A stretch of 64,000 bases of DNA, taken from assembly GCA_965204745.1 (NCBI GenBank), contig OZ242010.1, forward strand, positions 3,773,389-3,837,388, in the 5' to 3' direction. Made by a program: the position numbers and the translations under genes. The notes beneath the pieces are model-generated. The model was given only the letters and a program-made list of their open reading frames with translations. It did not search any database and had not been told where the DNA came from. Each line of letters begins with the position of its first letter. Within the stretch, counting starts at the first letter, position 1. This stretch comes from Candidatus Latescibacterota bacterium. Its GTDB lineage: Bacteria; Latescibacterota; UBA2968. Positions 49,930 to 59,847 of this stretch are shown one piece after another.

Positions 49930-50440
49930 GGCGGCGGGGGATGCGAGGGGGACCTACCCCCTGGCCCCCTTCCTAAGAGGAAGGGGGAATGGCGGTGGGT
50001 TTTGCGAGGGATTGTGTGTAAGGGTTTTTGGATTTTCATGGCGTGCTCCATTCGCTCAAAGCCATCAAAACAGCCCTGGATGCAAACCTTTAAGAAAGCC
50101 ATGCGCTCCCCCTTTCCTCGTAGGAAAGGGGGCCGGGGGGATAGGTCCTGCGAGGAAGGGGGAATGGCGATGGGTCTTCCGAGGGGAATGGCGAGAGGTT
50201 TTTTGGGGTTCATGGCATTATCCATTCGCGCAAAGCCATCAGAATAGCCAGGGATACAAATCTTCAAGAAAACCATGCGCTCCCCCTTTCCTCGCAGGAA
50301 AGGGGGCCGGGGGGATAGGGCTATGGCGGTGGGGCGTGCGAAGGACATAGCAGAGGGGAAGGACGGAGCGGCGGTAGGGATGTGTGGGGTAATCCGCGCA
50401 ATCCCCTAATCCGTTTAATCCGCGATTCAGACACGGCGGG
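49930..50440 (+). repeat. two tandem MITE copies plus a GTAATCCGC-like microsatellite
   Basis: Same TIR and hairpin family as 24500-24950. Confidence 0.8.
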
Positions 50441-50469
50441 GCGGTTGGGCGGGGACTGACCACTGCCCC

Positions 50470-52680
50470 TCATTCCCCGATGCAATCCACAAAAATGGGA
50501 CTGCTCCAAGCCATTTCCATATCGGTTTGCACCACGCGGACATAGTATGGATTGATGCCCGGCTCGGCGTCTTTGTCGATAAAATCGAATGACACCTCGC
50601 CCGCGGCTCGGGGTTCGGGCGCGAAATCCACGGTGATGCGGCGGTTCAATGCGCCGAGTTCTACGCTTATCGGGCCGCGTTCCAAGTCGCGCGGGCCAAT
50701 GTGAAAGCCCACCTTTTCCGCCGGCGCGTAGGACATGCGCCGCGGCGGCTCGATGCCTTGATCTCCGAACAGGGGGCCGGTGATTACGGACGTGTTGACC
50801 GCCAATTCGATATCCATATCCCCGTCCCCCGGCAGGTCCAAAATGATGCCGCTGCGATACCCGCACGTCACCGAATACCAGCGCAGGCCGCGATCCGCAA
50901 CATCAAAAACGCGCGAGCGCGGGCTGTCAAACCGAATCCGCTCAACCCCTTTGATGGCGCGGCCCGACACCTGTAATTTTCCCTCCCAGACCACGCCGGA
51001 ATAACTGCTCTTGCGACTCGCGCCCTCCCACATCACGCGCACGCGATGGCGGTCTTTTTTTTCGCGAATCGGATGCCTGTAAATGCGGGCCAACCCGCGG
51101 TACAGATCGACCGATTCAAACGGCGCCGTGCCGGCCACAAAAGCCGAGATGCGCGGCGCGTTTCGCGTGGTGAACTCCTCGCCCATGCCGTGGCCCTCGC
51201 AAGCGGTACGCAACAAAATCCGCGCGCCCGTCGTCGCGTAAATCCGCCGCGCCTTGTACGCGGCAAGGATGCTTTCGATGGTCAATTCCGGCGCGTACAC
51301 CGCGGCCAACCCGGCCTTGGCATATCGCCTGTGCTGAAACCCGGGCGTGTCGCTGCCCGGCCGCCCATTGTGGCTGTCGCTCCCACCGAAAAATCCCATG
51401 CGATAATCGCGCTCAAACGTCTCTTGCAAAATCCACTCAAACGTGCCGTGATCCGAGGTGACTTCCACTGCGGGCTCGAGGTGGGGATCGTGGTATTGCA
51501 AATCCGAATGCTCCCCGCCCACATGCGCGGTGATCAGGGTGTCCGTGCCGCGATACGCTTCGTACACCGCTGTGATGTGCGTCAAATCCGTATCCGCATC
51601 CGATTTGTCGGCTAGGCCCTCGTGCCCGGACCGGCGGATGGGTTGGTCGTGTCTGCGAAAATACACGTTGTGATGCCCGCCGCGCGTGGTTTGTGCGGAC
51701 CACTCAAAGCCCGGCAGGGCCACAAACCGGCCGGGCTGGTGATAGGCGCGCTCGGCTTCTCGTTGCAACGCCCAATCCCGCGTGCTCAAGACGTGGTCAT
51801 TGCGCTGGTACCCCGCAAAGTGGATGCCCGCCACATCGCGTGCGTACTCAAAAAAATCGGGGATTTTCTCTGCCATCGCCACCTGCCCGCCGTGCGAATC
51901 CCCCCAGTAGAGCATCATGGCTGGCGCGGTCTGGCGGCAATCTATCGGGTTGCTCTGCGCGGTCAACGCGCCATCCGTAGCTCGGAGGCGACAAATCCCC
52001 TCGGCCTGCGCGATGCACCCCTCGACCCAGCAGATCCCCCCAGTTGCGCGGTCAAAGGTCACGCTTGCCGGCACGCGCACCTCACCGCCAGTGACCGCGA
52101 CCTCCCCGCGATACGCGATAGCGGGATTGCCCCAGGCGTCTTCCGCCTTGACCTGAATGCGAAACGGCTCGCCCACTGCCGCGAGAGATGGCGCGTTGAC
52201 CGTCAGCGATGCGGCCTCGCCGCCGATGATTCGCAACGCAGGCGGATCCGGCAGGGTTATGACCTCGCCATCGCCCGCATCCACGCCCACCCAAAAGTAG
52301 TGCCGCGCTTCGGCAAAGGTCTGCGCCCGAAATCCCGGGCCGCCCGCACTCGTATCGCCATACACCACAGAGACCCGCTCGCCTGGGGCCAAGGCGCGTC
52401 CGTTCACGGTCAGCAAAAGCGACATCATGCTCTGCACCAAAACCCCGACTCGCGCCTCTTTGGGCGCGTCCACCGTCAGATAATCCGCGCCTGCGGGGTC
52501 ATCCACCTGCGGGGTTGCGCGGTCTGAATCCGCATCCGTATAAATCCGGATCGTCCCGCCCGGGGCAACGCCTTTTTCGCCTGCGGTGTACGTCACTGTC
52601 CATGTGCCATAAGACCCGGCCACCACGTCTGTCGTGGGATGCAGGGTCGCACGGCCGTACAATTTCGTTCTGTCTGACAT
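50470..52680 (-). CDS. DUF3604 domain protein
   Basis: MLYWGDSHGGQ and PGFEWS signature segments; RBS GGAGGA 5 nt upstream of the chosen ATG. Confidence 0.75.
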   Translation of the reverse strand: MSDRTKLYGRATLHPTTDVVAGSYGTWTVTYTAGEKGVAPGGTIRIYTDADSDRATPQVDDPAGADYLTVDAPKEARVGVLVQSMMSLLLTVNGRALAPGERVSVVYGDTSAGGPGFRAQTFAEARHYFWVGVDAGDGEVITLPDPPALRIIGGEAASLTVNAPSLAAVGEPFRIQVKAEDAWGNPAIAYRGEVAVTGGEVRVPASVTFDRATGGICWVEGCIAQAEGICRLRATDGALTAQSNPIDCRQTAPAMMLYWGDSHGGQVAMAEKIPDFFEYARDVAGIHFAGYQRNDHVLSTRDWALQREAERAYHQPGRFVALPGFEWSAQTTRGGHHNVYFRRHDQPIRRSGHEGLADKSDADTDLTHITAVYEAYRGTDTLITAHVGGEHSDLQYHDPHLEPAVEVTSDHGTFEWILQETFERDYRMGFFGGSDSHNGRPGSDTPGFQHRRYAKAGLAAVYAPELTIESILAAYKARRIYATTGARILLRTACEGHGMGEEFTTRNAPRISAFVAGTAPFESVDLYRGLARIYRHPIREKKDRHRVRVMWEGASRKSSYSGVVWEGKLQVSGRAIKGVERIRFDSPRSRVFDVADRGLRWYSVTCGYRSGIILDLPGDGDMDIELAVNTSVITGPLFGDQGIEPPRRMSYAPAEKVGFHIGPRDLERGPISVELGALNRRITVDFAPEPRAAGEVSFDFIDKDAEPGINPYYVRVVQTDMEMAWSSPIFVDCIGE

Positions 52681-52693
52681 CTCATCCTCCGGA

Positions 52694-54667
52694 TTACCAA
52701 CCATGCACAAAATGCCCGGCATCTGGAAACCAGATCGCGTCGATGACGCTCGACAGGGAAATGCCGAACAAATACCCGACTATCGCGCCGTACCAAAACG
52801 GCAGGGATCGCCTGTACAGATGCACCCCGCCGAATCGCAGCACCGCGACCTTGACCAGCCACACGATCAACAGGCAAAACGCATATCGCCCGGGCGGGAA
52901 CGCAATGGCGACCGGGTGAAAGGGCCACCACGAGAATTGCGAGCGCAAATAGGTCAAGACCCCGGCTTCGGCAAACCCGAACAACCACACGCCGAGTTTT
53001 TGCGTGTCGAACACCGACAACTTGCTACCCTCGATATAGGCCACTCGGGAAACCAGCGCGTCCATGGGCCATGACACCAACAGGCCATTCAGCCCGCCCT
53101 CGTCATAGCAGCGAAACAAATAAAACCCGCCCCCACTCGCAAACCCGATCAAATAGGCCAGCGGCACCATCCCCCAGAGCCATGGATGCCGGCGCAGCGA
53201 ACGCCCGAACATGCGAAAAATATGCGGCACCGCGGCCAAACAAGTCGTGCGGCTCGAATCGCCCAAGAACACATTGCGGTTGAACAAGATCAGCATCGAC
53301 TGCGACCCCGGCGAGAGTTTGGACGTGCCGACGAGCGAGTGGATGAGGGACCCGCCTTTGCCCCCTGCCGGATTGAGAAAGGTAAAGCCGGTCGTTGCCG
53401 CGTACTTTGCAATCCCGAAATAGCACATGAACATCAGGCCGAGTTGCGCGACCACGGCCCAAAATGCCACGCCTGCGGACGACATCCATCCCCCGATGCC
53501 CACGGTTGCCATGCCCAGGCCCACCCAAGCCGTGCGGTACGTCACGGGCGCGCCATCGTCCAGGGCGCGGGTTCGGCTCAATGCTTTTTGCACGGTCTCT
53601 TTGAGGTGGTGGCGCGCGACCCACACGGACCAGATCACCAGACAGGCCAGCGCGCCGTGCATCTCGAGCATGGCGATTTCGCCGGCCTTGGCCGGTTGGT
53701 CCGGCAGGCCCACGCTGAAGCCCGTGCGGTTGAGCAGGCCCACTTTGAAGATGTTGACCACGTTGTAAAACCAAACGCTGAACAAAATATCGACCGGGCA
53801 CAAATAGGCCAAGCCCATGATCAGGGGTTGCACGCGCAAATAATACGCCGGGAAGTACCGGCCCAAATCCACGGCTTTGGTGCGATATTGGTCGAAAACC
53901 GTGATGCGCGGCAAATTCAGTTGAAAATACCCGATGATGTTCCAGCATATTATGCCGGCCACGCACCAGAACCCGATCCAGAAAATTTTGTCCCGAAACA
54001 CCGCGGGCACGCGGCCTTCATCCGCGCCTTCGAGCAGGGCCACCGGGAACTCGGACATGGGAAAGACCAACCGCTCTTTTTCCTGCCATTGCTTGAAGAA
54101 GAGCACGCTGCCAAAAAAGCCGGCCATCACCGCGCTGATACAACCGACAAACCACCCAAAAAAGGGCCGCACCCACAGCAACCACGGCACCGGTTCGCCG
54201 CGATGCCGCCCGGTGTACACTTGCCGCACATCCGCGCGGTTCGCATCCAAAAAGAGCCAGTCCGGCAAAAAGGGAATGACCACGTCTCGCAAGCGGTTTT
54301 CCGGGGAGGCGTAAAACTCGGGCGCGGGAATCAGGCTGACCGCGTAAAACCCCCATCCCACTGCGGGCAAGTTGCCCACGATCCACATCATCGAGAAAAT
54401 GGTGAGCAATTCCATGCGGGACAGGGCAAACCGGGGCGCGAAGTGGTTCAGCCCAATGTTGATGCCCACCCACATCACAAAGGGAATCAGCGCGGCCACG
54501 GGCAAATAACTCTTGACCAAGTTCCCGGCAAAATAGGTCATATACCACGTGGCGATGACAATGGTCGCCAACCCCAATAAGATGGATCGCAACGTGATGG
54601 CATCCGCCGCGGGTTCGGGTTGTATGTCGGATGATAGAGCCATGAAAATGATAGCCGAAAAGGGCAC
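52694..54667 (-). CDS. large polytopic membrane protein of unknown function (about 14 TM helices), translationally adjacent to the DUF3604 gene
   Basis: Highly hydrophobic 657-aa ORF; 14-nt gap to the DUF3604 start. Confidence 0.7.
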   Translation of the reverse strand: MPFSAIIFMALSSDIQPEPAADAITLRSILLGLATIVIATWYMTYFAGNLVKSYLPVAALIPFVMWVGINIGLNHFAPRFALSRMELLTIFSMMWIVGNLPAVGWGFYAVSLIPAPEFYASPENRLRDVVIPFLPDWLFLDANRADVRQVYTGRHRGEPVPWLLWVRPFFGWFVGCISAVMAGFFGSVLFFKQWQEKERLVFPMSEFPVALLEGADEGRVPAVFRDKIFWIGFWCVAGIICWNIIGYFQLNLPRITVFDQYRTKAVDLGRYFPAYYLRVQPLIMGLAYLCPVDILFSVWFYNVVNIFKVGLLNRTGFSVGLPDQPAKAGEIAMLEMHGALACLVIWSVWVARHHLKETVQKALSRTRALDDGAPVTYRTAWVGLGMATVGIGGWMSSAGVAFWAVVAQLGLMFMCYFGIAKYAATTGFTFLNPAGGKGGSLIHSLVGTSKLSPGSQSMLILFNRNVFLGDSSRTTCLAAVPHIFRMFGRSLRRHPWLWGMVPLAYLIGFASGGGFYLFRCYDEGGLNGLLVSWPMDALVSRVAYIEGSKLSVFDTQKLGVWLFGFAEAGVLTYLRSQFSWWPFHPVAIAFPPGRYAFCLLIVWLVKVAVLRFGGVHLYRRSLPFWYGAIVGYLFGISLSSVIDAIWFPDAGHFVHGW

Positions 54668-54789
54668 GGGGTTTGACGATTGCTTTTCTCCAATTGACAG
54701 CGCGTGAGAATAGCGGTATAAATTTACCAGACAGCACTACATTATTCCAAAAATACAGGGAGAAAGCTATGCCTGTCATCACTAGATTG

Positions 54790-55297
54790 CGTTGACATTT
54801 ACGAGCCTGCAACTGGCTTGAGCGGTTTCTAAAAAAAACCAAGCCCTATCGCAGGATATGCTCTCGGCTTGAGAAACTGAAACAGTCGCTACTTCAGCAT
54901 TCTCGTTTTTGCTACCACGCTCATTGTATTCACGGATGTTCCGCAGTTCAAAGAAGGCATCCCAACAAGTGCCATCGCAAAACCCCCTCCGATCAAGCTA
55001 TCACGCACAGCGCGCAAGGCCGTCTCGCAACCAACGTCCATTATGCAACCCACTTTGCAGGCCAACGCATGTCGTCCTGCTACAAAAGCGTTTTGCGCTG
55101 TGCAAGCCTCTCGGCGTTTGAGAGCGGCATTTTTTGCCTACTTTTTTTTGCTGTTGAAAAAAAGTAGGTCGCCGAAGGCATCGGAGGCAACCAACGAGGC
55201 TGTAGGACCAAACGCATTAAATGAGTAAGCAACACATTTGCTACTCTTGCTAATCTGTGCGTAATGTCAAAAAAAATAAAATGTCAACACGACCTAG
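54790..55297 (+). repeat. IS5-like transposase C-terminal relic, the approximately 330-bp repeat, and the IS-end-like sequence
   Basis: The plus strand encodes NWLERFLKKTKPYRRICSRLEKLKQSLL; 54940-55225 duplicates 33450-33790. Confidence 0.8.
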
Positions 55298-55324
55298 GCA
55301 TCTACCTAGCTTGGAGTAATTCAA

Positions 55325-55585
55325 ATGCCGACCTATCCAAAAGTCAGATCCGTCGTTGCCCTTCCAAACAGGAAGCTCAAAGTGGCCTTTGTTTCTGGCG
55401 AGGTGAAAATCTATAACTGCACGCCCCTGATCGCAGAAGACGCATTTCGTCCATTGAAGGACGAGGCATTTTTCAAAAATGTGCGCGTGGATTCAACGGG
55501 TTATGGCATCTCTTGGAATGACGATATCGATCTCAGTGAATCAGAACTTTGGATTCGCGGGGTAACGGTCAGCGGCGGGAGTTGA
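55325..55585 (+). CDS. DUF2442 domain protein
   Basis: 86-aa protein with the typical DUF2442 size and beta-rich sequence. Confidence 0.6.
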   Translation: MPTYPKVRSVVALPNRKLKVAFVSGEVKIYNCTPLIAEDAFRPLKDEAFFKNVRVDSTGYGISWNDDIDLSESELWIRGVTVSGGS

Positions 55586-55760
55586 TGATGGGCGTTCGTC
55601 CCGCATCTAGGGCCTCGATATCCCAACCGAGTGTGCGCAGCAGCAAGGGGTCGATCAGCGCGTAGCGGGTCAGCATTTCGTTTTTTTTTAGCGCATCGCC
55701 GTAATCGTCCACGCGGTCGCGGAGCGTTTCGACCAGTGTCAGCAGATTTTCCAGCGGCAT
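55569..55760 (-). pseudogene. truncated HsdR_N-like (type I restriction enzyme N-terminal domain) fragment
   Basis: EMLTRYALIDPLLLRTLGWD matches the HsdR_N motif; only 63 codons. Confidence 0.4.
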
Positions 55761-55772
55761 ATCTCCCCTCTC

Positions 55773-56597
55773 CTATCTCTTCCGCTTCTTCTTTTTTTTG
55801 CGATTTTGCTTGCGGGACTTTCGCGCCATCTTGCGTTTTGATTTTGCTTTTTCGCGTTTTGCGGAACTCTGCGGCGTAACACTGAAAATGAGATCGTCTT
55901 CAGTGAGAAAGTCATCATCCAAAGCGGCCTCTTCTGTTTCAACCCAGTCTTTCAATCCCAACTCGATCTGCACCTCTTCCCAGTCGCCGCAAATCCACTC
56001 ATCGACGCACTTGGCCGCGTACGCCCTTTGGATGAGCGGCGCGGTTTCCGTTGCGTTTAGATCGATCAAATAAGAGACCAGAAAGCCATTCAACTCGGGG
56101 TGATTTTTCCGAAACCTCTCCAATTGCCGTGCGATAGCCGCGATACTTGCATCCCGCGCTTCGGGGTGCCTCTCGCCGATTTGAACCAGCCCATGCGCCA
56201 CGCAAAGCTGAGATGCCAAACCGTGCGCAGAATCCGCGAGATAGGCCGCCAGCGCGGGAATGGCAACCGCGCCGATCATGCCATACACTTTGGGCAATTC
56301 TTCGCCGATCCAGTCGTCCCACCCATCTTCATCCAGCCTGTGAAACACAGTGAGAAGCGGCTCGATAGCCTCCTCTGATCGCAACTGCCCCAAGGCCCAC
56401 CGAGCATGGATCGGCGCCCAAATTTTTAGACTGTCTGGAGCTGCGCTTTGCAATTCTGAATCGGTCGCCATCGCGATCAATTCGGAACTGTGTTCCGCGC
56501 CAATCCCCAGGGCTGTGTAATCGGGCCACTCCCGGAAAAATTCTCGCGCATCGCCAAATGTGAGCAATCTCGCAACGGGTTCTGTATAGTCGGCCAT
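55773..56597 (-). CDS. hypothetical alpha-helical protein (DUF1186-like) with a lysine/arginine-rich C-terminal tail
   Basis: ORF with good coding statistics; the tail is KREKAKSKRKMARKSRKQNRKKKKKRKR. Confidence 0.55.
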   Translation of the reverse strand: MADYTEPVARLLTFGDAREFFREWPDYTALGIGAEHSSELIAMATDSELQSAAPDSLKIWAPIHARWALGQLRSEEAIEPLLTVFHRLDEDGWDDWIGEELPKVYGMIGAVAIPALAAYLADSAHGLASQLCVAHGLVQIGERHPEARDASIAAIARQLERFRKNHPELNGFLVSYLIDLNATETAPLIQRAYAAKCVDEWICGDWEEVQIELGLKDWVETEEAALDDDFLTEDDLIFSVTPQSSAKREKAKSKRKMARKSRKQNRKKKKKRKR

Positions 56598-56629
56598 AGT
56601 CTCTCCTCTCTGGCGGGCAAGGGCCTGCG

Positions 56630-58756
56630 CTAGGGGTTGTTTTTTGCCTGCTGGATCGCCTCGCGGTTGGCCCGTGCGTCTTCGAGCGTGGGGTCGAGGG
56701 ACAGCGCACGGTTGAGGTTGGTCAGGGCCTCGTCAGCGCGGCCCAAGTAGTAAAGTGCGATGCCCATATCCGCGTAGGCCCGCGCATTGTCGGGCATGAG
56801 TTTGACGACGCGCTGGTAGAGCGCGAGGGCTTTGGCGTAGTGTTGTTGCCGCAGGTGTGCCAAAGCCAAGTTGTGAAGGGCTTTTGAATCGCGCGGGTTG
56901 ATGCCCAAGGCGCGGTGCAAGTGGGAGGCCGCGTCCTCGAACCTGCCCGCGCCGATGAGCATGGCACCGAGGTTGGTCAGGGCTTCAAAGTGGGACGGGT
57001 CGATTTCCACAGCGCGGAGGTAGTGGTGTTCCGCGTCGTCTATCCGCCCCAAGTTGGCGAGCACCATGCCCGCGCTGTAGTGTGCGTCTCGAGAGTGGGG
57101 ATTGAGTTCTATGGCCCGGCGCAGGTGGTCTGCGGACGCGTCGAACCGCGACAAGTGCATGAGCATCAGCCCCGCGCTGAGCCGTGCTTTGAAGGAGGTG
57201 GGTCGTTGTGCCACTGCGATTTGGATGGCGGCGAGACCGTCTTCCCGTCGCCCGGCCTCGAACAGGGCTTTGCCCAGATTGAGGTGTGCGTTTCGCGCTG
57301 TGGGGTTGTGCGCGATGACGTGGTTGAAGAACGTCAACTCATCCCGATAAATGCTTGCGTGACGCCAAGTTAGCACCCCCATCGTCGCCAATGCGATGAG
57401 GAGAACAACCCGTTGCCACGCGCCCGGCAGCCTGCCCGCATAATGCACCGCCGCGCTGACGATGACCGCCAAGACCCCGATGCCGGCCAAATACTGATAC
57501 CGATCCGCGACAAAGGAGAACTGCATATAGCCAAAGTCGATAAACCCGAGCACGGGCGACAGGGTCACCGCAAAGAACAACGCGCCAGATAGTGGCCCAC
57601 GGCCGATGCGATGCCGATAGCGATAGAGCACCGCGAGCACCGCGACACCGGCTGCGACGTAGCCCCACGCGAACGGGTCCGCAACCTCAACCGCCCAATG
57701 CGGATAGATGACCGCCAGCCTGACCGGGCACAGCAATTTCCCGACGTAAAACCACAGGACACGCGCCGCGATGATCACCCGCTCGAGCAGAGCATAATCC
57801 ATCGCGATGGCCTCTTTGTAGTAGGACAGATCCGCGATGACCATGCCCAATCCCACGGCAAAGAACGGCGTTAGCCCGAGCACCTCCGCGCCGGTCACGC
57901 GGCCCTGTTGCCACCAGTGACAGATCAACAACGCCACCGGCAGGGTAACGACAATGGACTTGCACAACATCCCGAGCACAAACAGCGCGAGTGCGAGGAA
58001 GTAGGGACGCCATCTCGTCTCGCACGCGCCTTTAAGCGAATTCACCCGCGCCGTTGCAAAACGCAGATAGGCCCAAAACGCTGTGAGATAGAACGCCCCC
58101 GAGAGCACGTCCTTGCGCTCGATTACCCACGCCACGGACTCCACATGCAAGGGATGTACCGCGAACACCGCGGCGACAACCCACGCGCCGGGCACGGTCA
58201 ACCGCGCCAGCAAGCCCCACAACAGCAGCGTATTGGCGAGATGCAACACCACATTGACGATGTGATACCCGGTCGGATCGAACCCCCACAACTCGTGTTC
58301 TAGCCAAAAGGTCGTATAAGTCAACGGCCAATAGTGCCCCTCGCTCGTGATGTCGCTCGGCGAGAACCAGATCCGCCACAGGCCGCCAATTCCGTCTCGT
58401 ACAGGCTCGGCCTCGGTGAATACCCGATCATCCCACACAAACCCGCCCCACAACATGGCCGGCAAATAACAAACGCCCACCGCCAAACCGAGCGCGAGGA
58501 CGCCCCAAACATCCCGCCGAGTCAGTTCGCGCCCTGACGCTCGCTCCTGCGAGGACGGAGACTGCGCGAGGCGACGTTTGTCGCGCAATTCGTCGCGCCC
58601 TGACGCTCGCGTAGCCGAGGACACTGACCGCCGCGCCCTCGCATCCTCCCTCGCCACCCGCCGCGCCCTCGCAGTTGACCTACTCCTGCGCGGATTGTTT
58701 GTCTTTCTCTTTTTCGCCATTGTTGTACTCTGGATCACGCCATTGCGCGTTTGCAA
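56630..58756 (-). CDS. TPR-repeat membrane protein (PMT/GT39-like N-terminal transmembrane domain plus C-terminal TPRs)
   Basis: N-terminal about 380-aa polytopic domain and at least 7 C-terminal TPR motifs (AHYSAGMVLANLGRIDDAEHHYLRAVEIDP ...). Confidence 0.75.
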   Translation of the reverse strand: MQTRNGVIQSTTMAKKRKTNNPRRSRSTARARRVAREDARARRSVSSATRASGRDELRDKRRLAQSPSSQERASGRELTRRDVWGVLALGLAVGVCYLPAMLWGGFVWDDRVFTEAEPVRDGIGGLWRIWFSPSDITSEGHYWPLTYTTFWLEHELWGFDPTGYHIVNVVLHLANTLLLWGLLARLTVPGAWVVAAVFAVHPLHVESVAWVIERKDVLSGAFYLTAFWAYLRFATARVNSLKGACETRWRPYFLALALFVLGMLCKSIVVTLPVALLICHWWQQGRVTGAEVLGLTPFFAVGLGMVIADLSYYKEAIAMDYALLERVIIAARVLWFYVGKLLCPVRLAVIYPHWAVEVADPFAWGYVAAGVAVLAVLYRYRHRIGRGPLSGALFFAVTLSPVLGFIDFGYMQFSFVADRYQYLAGIGVLAVIVSAAVHYAGRLPGAWQRVVLLIALATMGVLTWRHASIYRDELTFFNHVIAHNPTARNAHLNLGKALFEAGRREDGLAAIQIAVAQRPTSFKARLSAGLMLMHLSRFDASADHLRRAIELNPHSRDAHYSAGMVLANLGRIDDAEHHYLRAVEIDPSHFEALTNLGAMLIGAGRFEDAASHLHRALGINPRDSKALHNLALAHLRQQHYAKALALYQRVVKLMPDNARAYADMGIALYYLGRADEALTNLNRALSLDPTLEDARANREAIQQAKNNP

Positions 58757-58874
58757 ACAATATCGCCATTGCTATGTTACTATATCGCGTCTGGTCTGAC
58801 AAGGAGTAAGTCAGGGGTCAGCACATACGCGACAGAAAACCCCCTCGCGATTTATCCTCTCAGCGCAACGCCTC

Positions 58875-58903
58875 CTTGACGATTCACCATTGACTGAGTA
58901 TAA
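58875..58903 (+). promoter_or_regulatory. consensus sigma-70 promoter TTGACG-17-TATAAT
   Basis: cTTGACGattcaccattgactgagTATAATgc. Confidence 0.55.
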
Positions 58904-59189
58904 TGCTGGGGCAAAGGAAACGCCATGCAACCCGGTTCGCCCCGGTCCTTTCGCTTCAGCCAGCGCATGATGGACAACTGGCAGACCGCTTATCGCCAAC
59001 TTCAGGCCATTGGGATGATGGCGACCCCACTTTGGGCTTCTATCGTTTTGACGTGACAGACGCTGGCATAACCGATACATTTATCCCGTGCGCCCGCGAA
59101 TCGCAATCCACCGCAGGCTATGGCCCGGGCGCGCATCCCAAACCCGGGGAACGCGATTATTCGTTGGCGTGGGAAAAGGAGAGAATAAG

Positions 59190-59360
59190 ATGGATCATTC
59201 TCGCGGACTCGATCCCGTCATCGAGGCGTACAAAAAGGATGTTGACAGAACACTCATCCGCAAAAATCTCAAACTCTCTTATGAAGAACGCTTGCAAAAT
59301 TTGATGCAACTCCAAAAATTTGCCGATGAGTTGCAAAAAGCCGGAGGTCGCAAACAGTGA
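59190..59360 (+). CDS. small protein, putative antitoxin-like partner of the downstream nucleotidyltransferase
   Basis: 56 aa; its stop overlaps the next start. Confidence 0.45.
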   Translation: MDHSRGLDPVIEAYKKDVDRTLIRKNLKLSYEERLQNLMQLQKFADELQKAGGRKQ

Positions 59361-59842
59361 CGGATTTTGCCAAGATGCTGCAATTATTGTCAGATCGCGG
59401 TGTTGAATTTATCATCATCGGGGGGGCGGCAGCTATCGTTCATGGCAGCAGTCGTTTGACACAAGACCTCGACGTGGTATATCGCAGGTCGCAGGAGAAT
59501 ATCGCACGCCTTTCCAACGCATTGCAGGCACAAAATCCCTATCTGCGTGGCGCACCCCCGGGGTTGCCTTTTCAATGGTCGGAAGCTACCATTCGCATGG
59601 GTCTGAATTTTACTTTACAAACGAATCTCGGAGATCTCGATTTACTCGGCGAGGTGACAGGGGGCGGGAATTATGAGAACCTCGTGGATCGCGCATTTGA
59701 GATTGAGGTGTTCGGAGTTCGCTGTTTATGTCTCGATTTGGAAACCCTCATCCACGTCAAGCGCGCGGCGGGCAGACCCAAGGATCTCGAAACGATTTCA
59801 GAACTCGAAGCGATTCGTGAAACGCAACGCGATCAGGAGTAA
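59357..59842 (+). CDS. minimal nucleotidyltransferase-fold protein (MNT-like)
   Basis: IIIGGAAAIVHGSSRLTQDLDVV matches the G[GS]...D.D nucleotidyltransferase motif; C-terminal KRAAGRPKDLETI. Confidence 0.6.
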   Translation: MTDFAKMLQLLSDRGVEFIIIGGAAAIVHGSSRLTQDLDVVYRRSQENIARLSNALQAQNPYLRGAPPGLPFQWSEATIRMGLNFTLQTNLGDLDLLGEVTGGGNYENLVDRAFEIEVFGVRCLCLDLETLIHVKRAAGRPKDLETISELEAIRETQRDQE

Positions 59843-59847
59843 TTTCC

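Noticed and set aside
52694-54842. Multiple plus-strand ORFs (53186-54580 and others) across the membrane-protein gene
   Set aside because: His/Arg/Gly-rich shadow frames. The minus-strand product is a coherent polytopic membrane protein.
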